Source of the DNA: Candidatus Altimarinota bacterium
GTDB lineage: Bacteria; Patescibacteriota; Gracilibacteria; CAIRYL01
Direction of reading: 5' to 3'
DNA length: 64,000 bases
NCBI GenBank assembly: GCA_965250085.1
Contig: OZ252287.1
Coordinates: 672,001-736,000 of the forward strand
Made by a program: the position numbers and the translations under genes. The notes beneath the pieces were generated by a model. The model searched no databases. It was given only the letters and a program-made list of their open reading frames with translations, and was not told the DNA's origin. Below, in pieces: positions 18,707-28,154 of the stretch (positions are counted from its first letter, which is position 1; each line of letters opens with the position of its first letter).

Positions 18707-19813
18707 TTACCCTATTCGATCAGCTACAAAGATTTTGCGCTTATAGTTGGTATAGATTGGCCAGCACGTCATAAGAGTCGAAATCTCTTTGTCCCGTGGC
18801 TGGTACAGTACGGATGTATCTTCTGGCCAGACAATTTTTTCTTCATAGATCTGGTATTCATGTTTTTTTCCTTGAAAGTACACCTTATATGTATCCCCTA
18901 CTTGAAGTTCGCCAAGTTTGGTAAAAACATAATTATACTTCCCCGGATCATTGGTGTAATACGAAGAATGACCGGTGATAAAAGCATTCCCAATATCCCC
19001 TGGTTTCGCGGTTCCTGGGTAGTGCACTACTCCATCACGAAGCCCAACCAACAAATCTTTTTCGAGCTGTCGCCAGTTTTCATCTATGAGTGACTGTTCT
19101 CCAATACCAAAAACAACAGGAGCGGTGATACCAAGCTTATCGATCACAATACAGCTTTCACATGGTGGGATTTCAATTGCATCGAGCTGAGCATATGTCT
19201 TTGAAGGCTTATTGGTAATTTCTGTATCCAAGAGATAAATGATTTCTGCCACTTCTGCGCGAGTTATCAGGGAAGCAAAATGATCAATAGTTGGAGGAAT
19301 TGCTTTGCGTTCTTCCAAGCTCCGCACATATGGTTCATACCAAGTGCGAGATCCAGACCCTTTTGGAAGTCGAAATACATTGGTAATGATCTTGGCTGCC
19401 TCTACAAATGAGATATTCTCCGCTGGGCGAAATGTTCGATCTGGATATCCATGGATAATCCCTTCCTGCTGAGCCACGCAAACATAAGGTGCATACCACT
19501 GCTTTGTCTCTATATCCGGAAAATACACATACCACCACTGTTTGTCCTTATATGGTTGGATGCAGCTCTGAATAACCTGCTCATCATACCGACCGGCAAT
19601 AAGAATTTTGATAAATTCAGCACGATTGATCTGTGTTTTCGGACGATAGTACCGTCCGTCCAAATATCCTTCGATAATTCCTTTTTCTTCTACGTACTCT
19701 ATTGCTTCACGGTATTCATAATCATACGCCACATCCCGAAATACCGCATGTGCAGATGTACTCCAGATAAAAAGACCAATGAGAAGTACTGAAAAGATTT
19801 TTGGAAATTTCAT
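18707..19813 (-). CDS. Secreted S-layer homology (SLH) domain protein fused to a sortase
   Basis: Signal peptide ending AHA. SLH repeats GIIEGY.DG..YRP...INRAEF, GIIHGYPDRTFRP and ITRAEVA. Sortase motifs HYPGT..PG..GNAFITGHSS, LMTCWP and a downstream Arg. Confidence 0.9.
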   Translation of the reverse strand: MKFPKIFSVLLIGLFIWSTSAHAVFRDVAYDYEYREAIEYVEEKGIIEGYLDGRYYRPKTQINRAEFIKILIAGRYDEQVIQSCIQPYKDKQWWYVYFPDIETKQWYAPYVCVAQQEGIIHGYPDRTFRPAENISFVEAAKIITNVFRLPKGSGSRTWYEPYVRSLEERKAIPPTIDHFASLITRAEVAEIIYLLDTEITNKPSKTYAQLDAIEIPPCESCIVIDKLGITAPVVFGIGEQSLIDENWRQLEKDLLVGLRDGVVHYPGTAKPGDIGNAFITGHSSYYTNDPGKYNYVFTKLGELQVGDTYKVYFQGKKHEYQIYEEKIVWPEDTSVLYQPRDKEISTLMTCWPIYTNYKRKIFVADRIG

Positions 19814-19954
19814 AAATATCGCAAAGACGGACGTAGATCCTATTGTAAAAATTAGACAAAGTCAACAAAATGTGTCATTTGTAATCTGCATATTGTGGGC
19901 GAGATTACAAAAAATCCTCAGGGCGGGTTAAAAAACAGAGTTAAAAGAGAAAAT

Positions 19955-20563
19955 CTAGTTTACCAATTCTTTTCCTCCTTCAATTCTTTCTACTAGACTC
20001 ACTTTTTCTCCAGTTGCTACTCCAGACTGTTTCACTTGTTTTGAAAATATAAATCGCATTTCTTCTGGGGTAGATCTACTCATTGAAAGTCTTCTCTCTA
20101 CTCCTATCTGCTGTACCAAAATATTAGAACCCTTTTTTTCTCGTCCTTCGACTTCCTGAAAGAGGAAATCATAACTCTCTGTTACGGCTATTTTTTCTCC
20201 ATCTTGATAGAGAGCAAATGGTCTTTGACTCTCTGGAAGTTCCAATATGTTGTCATATATCCCAGATTTAAGGTCTTTTTGATATTGTTGAAAATTCAAT
20301 TCTTGAGGATTGTCTATGAGCATATGGAGTTCTTCTCTCACTGCTTGAGTAATATCCCCTTCCAAGGGAATAATTACTTCTTGTACTTCTTCTGAAGTTT
20401 GAACAAGTCTTTCTCCATAAATAAATTCTGCAATTTCTTGTATATAGAGATCTGGGGTTTCCTTATTCTCTAATGGAAAGAAAAACTGCTTACTTCCTTT
20501 AGTTCCTGGTGTTTGAAGCTTGATACAGCCTAAAAAATTTTTTGATTGAGGTTCTGTAGGCAT
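19955..20563 (-). CDS. Hypothetical protein
   Basis: 202-aa ATG ORF with no recognised motif. Confidence 0.65.
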   Translation of the reverse strand: MPTEPQSKNFLGCIKLQTPGTKGSKQFFFPLENKETPDLYIQEIAEFIYGERLVQTSEEVQEVIIPLEGDITQAVREELHMLIDNPQELNFQQYQKDLKSGIYDNILELPESQRPFALYQDGEKIAVTESYDFLFQEVEGREKKGSNILVQQIGVERRLSMSRSTPEEMRFIFSKQVKQSGVATGEKVSLVERIEGGKELVN

Positions 20564-20608
20564 TATATATAATTATAGATGTGCATACTAATACTTTTGT
20601 ATGTTTTG

Positions 20609-22021
20609 TCAACCAGTAAAATATCTTTCTGCCAAGATCTGTGCAAGATCCGATATTTTGATTCGATCTTGCTTCATCGTGTCCCTATCGCGAACCGTCA
20701 CCGTGCCATCCTCCAAACTGTCATAATCCACCGTAATGCAGACGGGAGTACCAATCTCATCATGACGTCTATACCGCTTGCCAATTGACCCTCTTTCATC
20801 ATATTCCACGTTTCCAAGGGAACTGAGAGCGGAAACAATCTCTCTGCATTTTTCCGGCATTCCATCTTTTTTCATAAGAGGAAACACCGCTACTTTGACC
20901 GGAGCGATGCGTGGCAAAAATTTCATAACATTACGCGTGCTTCCGTCTTCCAGTTTTTCATTGGTATACGCCGAGAGCAGGATGGCAAGCGCTGGTCTTG
21001 CTACGCCAATACTGGGCTCAATGACATGTGGGAGAAATTTGCGACCGCTCTCTTCATCACGATATTCCAGATCTTCTCCGGAAACCTTTTGATGTTGCTC
21101 CAAATCATAATCAGTACGATACGCTCCTGCTGCGCAGAGCTCACCCCAGCCAAATGGAAATTTGTATTCAATATCAGTGGTTCCTTTGGAGTAATGAGAG
21201 AGTTCATCCTTCTCATGATCACGGAATCGCACATTCTTTTTATCGATCCCCAGAATATCTATAACAAATTGCATCGTGAGATTCTTCCACTCCTCCCATA
21301 GCTTGTTCCAGTCATCTTTTTCTGGATCAAAGAAATACTCGATCTCCATTTGCTCAAACTCACGTGTGCGAAAAATAAAATTCCCTGGGGTGATTTCATT
21401 CCGAAATGCTTTTCCGATTTGAGCGATACCAAATGGAAGTTTTTTACGAGTTGTGCGTTGGACACTTTTGAAATTCGTAAAAATCCCCTGTGCTGTTTCT
21501 GGACGCAGGTAAATCTCATTACTGCTCTCCTCCGTCACCCCTTGGTGCGTCTGAAACATAAGGTTGAACTGTTTCGGCTCGGTCCAATCACATGCTTCGC
21601 ACTCAGGACAATTGATTTTCTCTTTTTGAAAAAACTCTAATATATCTTTTGCAGGCGTTTTTTCTCCTGCCCAATTGTTTGGTCGTCTATCTCCCTGATC
21701 TTCGATGATTTTATCAGCACGAACGCGAGTCTTACACTTTTTACAATCCATCAGAGGATCACTGAAACTCCCCACATGACCGCTCGCTTCCCAAACCTTG
21801 GGATTCATCAATATTGCAGAATCCAGACCTACAATATCTTCACGACCATATACAAAAAACTCCCAAAACGCTTTTTTTATATTGTTCATGAGCTCTGTGC
21901 CCAGTGGCCCATAATCCCATGCATTTGCCAGACCTCCATAGATCTCAGACCCGGGAAAAATAAACCCTCTGTTTTTACTCAGCGCCACGAGTTCTTCCAT
22001 TGAAAGGGTGTCGTTTGACAT
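20609..22021 (-). CDS. glyQS: Glycine--tRNA ligase (homodimeric alpha2 type)
   Basis: EIYGG..WDYGPLG, YLRPETAQGIF, FRNEITPGNFIFRTREFEQME and IGKRYRRHDEIGTP motifs. Confidence 0.97.
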   Translation of the reverse strand: MSNDTLSMEELVALSKNRGFIFPGSEIYGGLANAWDYGPLGTELMNNIKKAFWEFFVYGREDIVGLDSAILMNPKVWEASGHVGSFSDPLMDCKKCKTRVRADKIIEDQGDRRPNNWAGEKTPAKDILEFFQKEKINCPECEACDWTEPKQFNLMFQTHQGVTEESSNEIYLRPETAQGIFTNFKSVQRTTRKKLPFGIAQIGKAFRNEITPGNFIFRTREFEQMEIEYFFDPEKDDWNKLWEEWKNLTMQFVIDILGIDKKNVRFRDHEKDELSHYSKGTTDIEYKFPFGWGELCAAGAYRTDYDLEQHQKVSGEDLEYRDEESGRKFLPHVIEPSIGVARPALAILLSAYTNEKLEDGSTRNVMKFLPRIAPVKVAVFPLMKKDGMPEKCREIVSALSSLGNVEYDERGSIGKRYRRHDEIGTPVCITVDYDSLEDGTVTVRDRDTMKQDRIKISDLAQILAERYFTG

Positions 22022-22084
22022 GAAAACTATGAAACATCAGGCTGTATTCTCCAGATTTTAAGGCGGGAAGTCAAAACACATGTG

Positions 22085-22648
22085 CTACTTTTTTTGTTTT
22101 TCCAAGTACTTGGCAAAAATATCTGTTTCTACATTTACTGTCTCTCCTGCTTGCAAATCACATAAATTCGTATGCTTGAGTGTGTGTGGAATTATGGCAA
22201 TTAAAAATGAATTTTCTTTAACATCGGCAACAGTGAGTGAAATCCCATTGAGAGTAATGCTCCCTTTTTGAACAATATATTTCTGAAATTCTTTGGGAAG
22301 CTCAAAAGTAAACTTTTCTCCTAGTTCTTCTTTCTCTCGATGTAAAAGTGTAATGGTTTCATCCACATGTCCCAATACTATGTGTCCTTCAAATCTTCCA
22401 TTTGCTCTCATTGCTCTCTCGAGATTTACTTTTTTTGATTCAGAAAGATTGGTCTTTTGAAGTGTCTCTGGCACTACTTCAAAACACATCTTCGTATCAG
22501 AAAATGAAACGACCGAAAGACAAGCCCCATTCACCGCAATACTCTGACCTTTTGCAAGATCAATAAATTGTTTGGGTCTTTTAATTTTCAAAACTCCATC
22601 ATGAAAACTTATAACTTCAGCCGTGGATTCAATGATACCAGTAAACAC
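22085..22648 (-). CDS. ribE: Riboflavin synthase (alpha chain)
   Basis: MFTGIIE N-terminus, SIAVNGACL, VNLERA, GHIVLGHVD and IIPHT motifs. Confidence 0.95.
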   Translation of the reverse strand: MFTGIIESTAEVISFHDGVLKIKRPKQFIDLAKGQSIAVNGACLSVVSFSDTKMCFEVVPETLQKTNLSESKKVNLERAMRANGRFEGHIVLGHVDETITLLHREKEELGEKFTFELPKEFQKYIVQKGSITLNGISLTVADVKENSFLIAIIPHTLKHTNLCDLQAGETVNVETDIFAKYLEKQKK

Positions 22649-22653
22649 TTTGG

Positions 22654-22688
22654 AAATTATAAATTAAAAATTAAAAATTGAAAATTGC
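22654..22688. repeat. Heptamer tandem array (AAATTNN)x5
   Basis: AAATTAT AAATTAA AAATTAA AAATTGA AAATTGC directly upstream of ribE. Confidence 0.7.
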
Positions 22689-22772
22689 TGACCGCAAAAG
22701 TTACTGAGGAATCCATTGATTTTTTTCATCATATTTGCAATAATGGCTCTGTACTCATCGTTAGTGAGTGAT

Positions 22773-22807
22773 GAAGAAAGTGATCCATTGATCCTTTCTT
22801 TTTTTTC
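22773..22807 (+). terminator. Terminator-like hairpin in the nusA leader
   Basis: AAGAAAG-T-GATC-CATT-GATC-CTTTCTT followed by a T tract, downstream of a promoter-like TTGATT-17-AATAAT (22716-22744). Confidence 0.55.
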
Positions 22808-22850
22808 TGTCCCTTGCAACTTTTGACTTTATACACTTTCTACTCTTTCC

Positions 22851-24329
22851 ATGAATACTCAATTTCTTGCTGCAGTAAATCAGATCTGTGCTGAAAAAAA
22901 TATTGAACGTGAGATAGTGCTGGGCGCTGTCAAATCAGCTATTGCTACTGCGTATCGCAAAGATTATGGAAACAAAGAACAGGAAATAGACGTTATTCTG
23001 CGAGACGATGTAGAGTTTGCTACTATTTTGCTCGTAAAAGAAGTGGTAGAAGAAGTAGAAAATGAAAATTTTGAAATTTCTCTTCAGGAATCAAAAAAAA
23101 TAAAAAAGGGTGTCAGTGTAGGAGACGAAATTCAGATAGACGTGACTCCCGTAGATTATGGGCGAATAGCAGCACAGTCTGCCAAACAAGTTATTTTACA
23201 AAAATTGCACGAGGCAGAACGTACGGCACTCTATGAACGATTCAAAGATCGAGAAGATCGCCTTTTGACCTCTCTTGTCAGCCAAGTAGAAGGGACTCAG
23301 GTCCTTATAGAAATCGAAAAAAGCACCGTACAGCTTCCCTTGCGACAGCAAATCCCTAATGAACGCTACTTTCCCGGAAAGCGTATGCGCGTCTATTTGG
23401 AAAAGGTAGCCCAGACCACCAAAGGACCCCAATTACAGGTTTCCAGAACACATCCTCAGCTGGTGGAACGTCTTTTGGAGCAAGAAATTCCTGAAGTAGA
23501 GCATGGTGACGTAGAAGTGATGGCAGTAGCGAGAGATCCTGGTTTTCGATCAAAAGTTGCGGTCAAGGCAGACGAACCTAAGATTGATCCTGTGGGAGCA
23601 TGTATCGGACAACGTGGATCACGCATCCAGCCGGTTATGGATGAACTGGGCGGAGAGCGAGTAGATATCATTGAATATGATCCAGATCCTACCAAACTCA
23701 TTGCCCGTAGCTTGCAGCCTGCAGAAATATCTCACGTGGTCATTGTCACTCCAGAAGAGTACGAAGATACAGAAACCGGAAAACGGGTCAAAAAAAGAGC
23801 TGCTGTCTTTGTGGACGAAGAGCAACGTGCTATGGCAATCGGAAAAAAAGGACAAAACATTCGCCTCGCATCACAATTGACCGAGTTTGAACTGGATATG
23901 TACAACGCTGAAGAATATGAGCCCTTTAAGGCAAAACTGCAGGAGATTATGGATGGCGGTGAGATAATTGAAAGCGCTATTCAAACAGATAAGCCAGAAG
24001 CAGAGTCCTCTGACGAAACTCAGGATAAATCTCCTCAGAAAAAAGATGCAAAGGGGAAGGGAACTCCAAGGAAAAAAAAATCAGAACCAAAAGTTGAGGA
24101 AAAAGAGGTTCCTGAAGAATCCATTGCTGTAGAAGAGGCAGATACTCCAAAAGATAAGAAACCTGAAAATGCAGAAGATAAAACCCCTCAAATAGAAGAT
24201 GTACCAGCAGAAAGAGAAGGAAAAGAAGCTCCTGCAGAAGAAAACACTGAGGAATCAGAAAGTAATGCAGCAGAAGAAGAAACTCAAAAAGATACTATTT
24301 CAGAAAAGGAAGGGGAAAAAACAGAATAA
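22851..24329 (+). CDS. nusA: Transcription termination factor NusA with a long acidic C-terminal tail
   Basis: GRIAAQSAKQVILQK, S1 domain, ARDPG.RSKVAV, DPVGACIG and AIGKKGQNIRLAS motifs. Confidence 0.97.
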   Translation: MNTQFLAAVNQICAEKNIEREIVLGAVKSAIATAYRKDYGNKEQEIDVILRDDVEFATILLVKEVVEEVENENFEISLQESKKIKKGVSVGDEIQIDVTPVDYGRIAAQSAKQVILQKLHEAERTALYERFKDREDRLLTSLVSQVEGTQVLIEIEKSTVQLPLRQQIPNERYFPGKRMRVYLEKVAQTTKGPQLQVSRTHPQLVERLLEQEIPEVEHGDVEVMAVARDPGFRSKVAVKADEPKIDPVGACIGQRGSRIQPVMDELGGERVDIIEYDPDPTKLIARSLQPAEISHVVIVTPEEYEDTETGKRVKKRAAVFVDEEQRAMAIGKKGQNIRLASQLTEFELDMYNAEEYEPFKAKLQEIMDGGEIIESAIQTDKPEAESSDETQDKSPQKKDAKGKGTPRKKKSEPKVEEKEVPEESIAVEEADTPKDKKPENAEDKTPQIEDVPAEREGKEAPAEENTEESESNAAEEETQKDTISEKEGEKTE

Positions 24330-24340
24330 CACGCTTTTCT

Positions 24341-24420
24341 TCCCCCCTTTGAAAAAAAGGGGCTAGTCTTCGACTCTGAGGGATGAGCCCCTCAGGCTCA
24401 GACTCGAATGAGGGGAATTT
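24341..24420. repeat. Nested composite palindromic repeat
   Basis: Outer CCCCCCTTT-G-AAAAAAAGGGG..AGGGGAATTT, middle GTCTTCGACT..GCTCAGAC, inner CTGAGGG-N6-CCCTCAG. Confidence 0.6.
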
Positions 24421-24490
24421 ATTCTTTCTAACTAATGTTCATATTAGTCTTTTGGGCTAGAGCCTTTCCTATCATATTTTATAAGCGCTC

Positions 24491-24516
24491 GCTGGTGCGC
24501 GTTTCAAATGCGTATT
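24491..24516. repeat. GCTGGYGCGCGTTTC hairpin repeat, copy 1
   Basis: 14/15 identity to 53406-53420; folds as GGTGCGCGTT..AATGCGTATT. Confidence 0.55.
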
Positions 24517-24740
24517 TTTTAGTTATTTCAAGTGCACGCGTCACATTTATCCGCCACTAGGAGGAGGCGCGCGCTAGCGAAGGAGCTAATAAAATCTCCG
24601 TAAATAGAAGCCAGCGAAGGCACCACAATTCAATCCGCATCAAGTGAGGAAGGAACCGCCACATATTTGCGAGCCCCAGCGGTATGCTGATTGAAATCGC
24701 GATTACAGCCCCTAGTACCTGTTGCAAATAATCAGACAAT

Positions 24741-25511
24741 TCAGCTCCTGCTACTGTCAACTCGGTACAGGGGACCTTCGACTCGAGAAGCGGCATGCCC
24801 AAGATTCGTAATCTCAAAGAAAAACAGACGCTTTCTTGTGACGAACTGTGCTTCGGTTAGGTCCATGAGGCTCACAGAGAAATCCGGATACTTCCACGGG
24901 AAGCAATCCTTCGTTTCTTCGACTACCTCCCGATGCAAAACGCTCCGTTTCATTCCTTTTTTTAGGTGTCTGTTACTAGATTTCTCCAAAACACGGAGTA
25001 TTGCAACACTAACTCGGTTTCCAAGCGTTACTGAACGAACATAGTCAAAAAATGGAGTCGAAACTTCCTCCAGATTTCGCTGGGAAAAAGGATAATTTCC
25101 GAGCTCCGCCAAGAGATCGCTTGCTCGACTAATTTTGATCATAGCCTCGCTCCATTCTGGCGTCGACACATCGCATTGGGACGAATCCAACTCGTCAGCT
25201 TCAGAGAGCAGTCGAAGACATTCTCGTATGAGACCAAGCGATTCAGGTTCATGAGTTGCATCGTGCAGCGATTCGTCGAGTACAGCTAGATAACGCTCGA
25301 CGACTTCTTTGTACGTTTTCCAGTTACTTTCCTCATCTGTCAGAAGCTGCTCACGCGCTTGGAGTAGGCTCTTCCCAGCCTCTTCTAGCAGATCGAGGTC
25401 TTCAGGGATACTGCAATCCGATCCATCAAGGATCGTGAGAACCTTTTCTAGAAGCGCGCTTGCATCTTCCCTTTGTTTTCTCGGCTCATAGTCACTTGGC
25501 ATTTTTGGCAT
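24741..25511 (-). CDS. Hypothetical helical protein with atypical, higher-GC composition
   Basis: 256-aa ATG ORF with upstream TTGACA and TATAAT-like boxes. Confidence 0.65.
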   Translation of the reverse strand: MPKMPSDYEPRKQREDASALLEKVLTILDGSDCSIPEDLDLLEEAGKSLLQAREQLLTDEESNWKTYKEVVERYLAVLDESLHDATHEPESLGLIRECLRLLSEADELDSSQCDVSTPEWSEAMIKISRASDLLAELGNYPFSQRNLEEVSTPFFDYVRSVTLGNRVSVAILRVLEKSSNRHLKKGMKRSVLHREVVEETKDCFPWKYPDFSVSLMDLTEAQFVTRKRLFFFEITNLGHAASRVEGPLYRVDSSRS

Positions 25512-25671
25512 CTCAGGTTGGTTATAGGGGTCTCATCGTATTATAATAATAATTCCTTTTCTATATCTTGTCAACAATATCTACAAAACTAAAACACGTC
25601 ATTTGTCCATCCTATCTCCGTGAAAAAACTCCGTTTTTCTGCTATAATGAGCGGATATATCTCACATTCTG

Positions 25672-28095
25672 ATGAAAACAAATATCAAAAATATCACTTC
25701 CTTCGTTCTCGGGTTTATAGCTCTTGTGTCAGCACAAACGGCGCTCTCAGCTGGTTTTGGACCTCCTGTGAACGTCACTGGAGTGGACACTATTGCAGGA
25801 TATTCCACATCCCTCACCACCTCTCGTGGCGCAGATAATGAAGATATTGTTTTCCGTATTGAGAGTCCTTCTGGAACCATTTTGGAGCTTGAATCCACTA
25901 CCAATGAAATCGGAGTATCAAGTGTAGATGTATATGGATTTCATACTCAAACAGCTGGGGAATACAGCGTGAGTGCTTATTACCGAGATTATGCATCAGA
26001 AAGACCTCCCATCAACTTTTTTGAAGTCTTTCCAGATACCGTTTCTGCAACCCACTCATCTCTCAAAACAAATATGAGCTCTCTTCCCGCAGGAGAAGGT
26101 GAAAATGTACTTTTGACCGTACGACTCAAAGATAAATATGGAAACCCTATCTCCAATCATCAATTGACAGTCATTTCTTCACGGTCAGATGATTTGATTT
26201 TTGAAGTAGCCCCCAACACTCCAACTGATGAGCGAGGTGAAAAGATTTTTCGTGTTTCTTCAAGTGCCCCAGGTGTTTCATATTTGAGTGTCTTAGATCG
26301 GGCTACTGGTACTACTCTCGAAGAAAGAGCAAAGCTCGTATTTTTTGAACCAGATGCGAGTCCTACAGGAGGAAGCCTGCTTCAAGCAAATATTTTTGAA
26401 AATACAGATACTACTTCTCTCTCTGGTCCTATTGCCCGATTCAAACTAGAATTTACCGATGGAAATGATAATGCCGATGTTGCTGTCGTTGGAAGTGATC
26501 AAAATTACTTTCGAATAACAGCAGTAGATACTGATGATAATACGGTGCGAGATTATACGGGAAGCATCTTGATTTCTGCTCCTGACGATCCAAAAGCACT
26601 CCTTCCTAATAATGGACAATATACATTTCGTGGGGCTGATGCTGGATCTTTTGAATTTAGCCTCGCGTTTCAATTCTCTGAAATCGGAACGCAGATGATC
26701 GAAGTATTTGAATACAATCCTGAAACAGGAGAAATATTTGCTAATATCAAGGGCTCAAAAGAGATAGAAGTAGTGCAAAGTGGAGGAATTGATGACGATT
26801 TTGATGACGGCTCAGATGCGAAGGGCATTGAAATTAAAACTCCAGAAGATGGGAGTGCTTTTGCTACAGCAGAGGTCGCACTTACTGGAAAAGGAAATCC
26901 CAACACAGATCTCAGAGTTTTTGTAGATAATACAGAAATAGATGAGGTTTCTACCGATATTGATGGCGTATTTTTTACTACTCTCTCCAATATTGCTGAA
27001 GGTGATCATGAGCTCTATGTACAAGAAATAGAAGGAAGCAGAGAGTTTTCTGTAGCAGTTTCCTTTTCTGTAGATACCACTCCTCCTACACTGCAAAGCG
27101 TCTCTGTCTTTCCAGAAACTGTAGTAGATGCAGGCGGTGTCCTTACTTTTTCACTTGTCTCTGAACCGAACTTAGGAAAAGCGATGATTCGGCTGGATGG
27201 TGAAGAACATGAACTTGAAGAAATACACAGCAAACCTGGAAACTATGAAGGGGCTTTTTCAGCTTCTCAAAATGCAGGTGAGTATAGCGCTGATGTAATT
27301 TTGGAAGACGATCTTGGCAACGAGAGTAAGTTCCTTTCAGAAGCCACTCTATTAGTGCGTGCATCAGAAGTTATTCCTCCATCTCCTAAAAACATAAAAG
27401 TGCTCCCTCTTCAAGAAGCGGTGCATGTCAATTGGGAAAAAGTAGAGGGTCATGTTGAAGAAATCGTTCTGTACGTTATATATATGGGAACTTCTGAGTT
27501 TTCTCTTTCAGAAAAAACAAGTGTTGCCCCCACAGAATCTTCTACTGTCATCGACGAACTCGAAGCTGGAAAAGAATACTTCTTTGCAGTGACCGCTGTT
27601 GATATGGCTGGAAATATGAGCGAGCAGTCACAAATATTTTCTGCTCGACCTTTGTTTTCTGAAAAAATCTCAAGCCGCATTACTGCTGTCTCCAGAGATG
27701 GCTCTATTGATCTTTCCTGGGAACAGAGTCTGCAAGACCCTGATCTTTATATTGTAGAATATGGTATTGAATCAGGAAGATATGTAGAAAGAATGTTGGT
27801 TGCAGGAGAGAGCACTCAGAAAAACGTGTATGACCTCATCAACGGACTCACATACTATTTCACAGTAACTCCATATAAAAATGGGAGCCCCACTAGTGAA
27901 GAAACATATGGAGAAGTGTCTTCAACCCCAGAGTCGCAAGGGTTACACGCTGCTGCAAAATCTCCAGCACCAATTATCAATGTTCCGAAATACCCGGCTA
28001 CTGGACCTGAAGCCGCGTTTGTTTTTGTGGGAATTTCATTTCTCGCAACCGCATATATCGTACAGAGAAGAAAAAAGCATGCCTTTATCAATTGA
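25672..28095 (+). CDS. Cell-surface Ig-like/fibronectin type III protein with an LPXTG-like sorting signal
   Basis: Signal peptide, LKDKYGNPI (Big_1-like), DTTPP and FN3 motifs (LEAGKEYFFAVTAVD, LINGLTYYFTV). C-terminus YPATGPE + TM helix + RRKK. Confidence 0.9.
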   Translation: MKTNIKNITSFVLGFIALVSAQTALSAGFGPPVNVTGVDTIAGYSTSLTTSRGADNEDIVFRIESPSGTILELESTTNEIGVSSVDVYGFHTQTAGEYSVSAYYRDYASERPPINFFEVFPDTVSATHSSLKTNMSSLPAGEGENVLLTVRLKDKYGNPISNHQLTVISSRSDDLIFEVAPNTPTDERGEKIFRVSSSAPGVSYLSVLDRATGTTLEERAKLVFFEPDASPTGGSLLQANIFENTDTTSLSGPIARFKLEFTDGNDNADVAVVGSDQNYFRITAVDTDDNTVRDYTGSILISAPDDPKALLPNNGQYTFRGADAGSFEFSLAFQFSEIGTQMIEVFEYNPETGEIFANIKGSKEIEVVQSGGIDDDFDDGSDAKGIEIKTPEDGSAFATAEVALTGKGNPNTDLRVFVDNTEIDEVSTDIDGVFFTTLSNIAEGDHELYVQEIEGSREFSVAVSFSVDTTPPTLQSVSVFPETVVDAGGVLTFSLVSEPNLGKAMIRLDGEEHELEEIHSKPGNYEGAFSASQNAGEYSADVILEDDLGNESKFLSEATLLVRASEVIPPSPKNIKVLPLQEAVHVNWEKVEGHVEEIVLYVIYMGTSEFSLSEKTSVAPTESSTVIDELEAGKEYFFAVTAVDMAGNMSEQSQIFSARPLFSEKISSRITAVSRDGSIDLSWEQSLQDPDLYIVEYGIESGRYVERMLVAGESTQKNVYDLINGLTYYFTVTPYKNGSPTSEETYGEVSSTPESQGLHAAAKSPAPIINVPKYPATGPEAAFVFVGISFLATAYIVQRRKKHAFIN

Positions 28096-28154
28096 AAGTC
28101 ATAAAAGAGAACCTGCTATACATTCATATATAAAAATAAATACAAAAAATATCT

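Noticed and set aside
22649-22850. FMN riboswitch upstream of ribE
   Set aside because: No RFN consensus motifs on the minus strand.
24540-24740. SRP RNA or other ncRNA (TCAAGTGAGGAAGGAAC)
   Set aside because: It lacks the paired stem around GGAA and the GCAGC motif; coding remnant is more likely.
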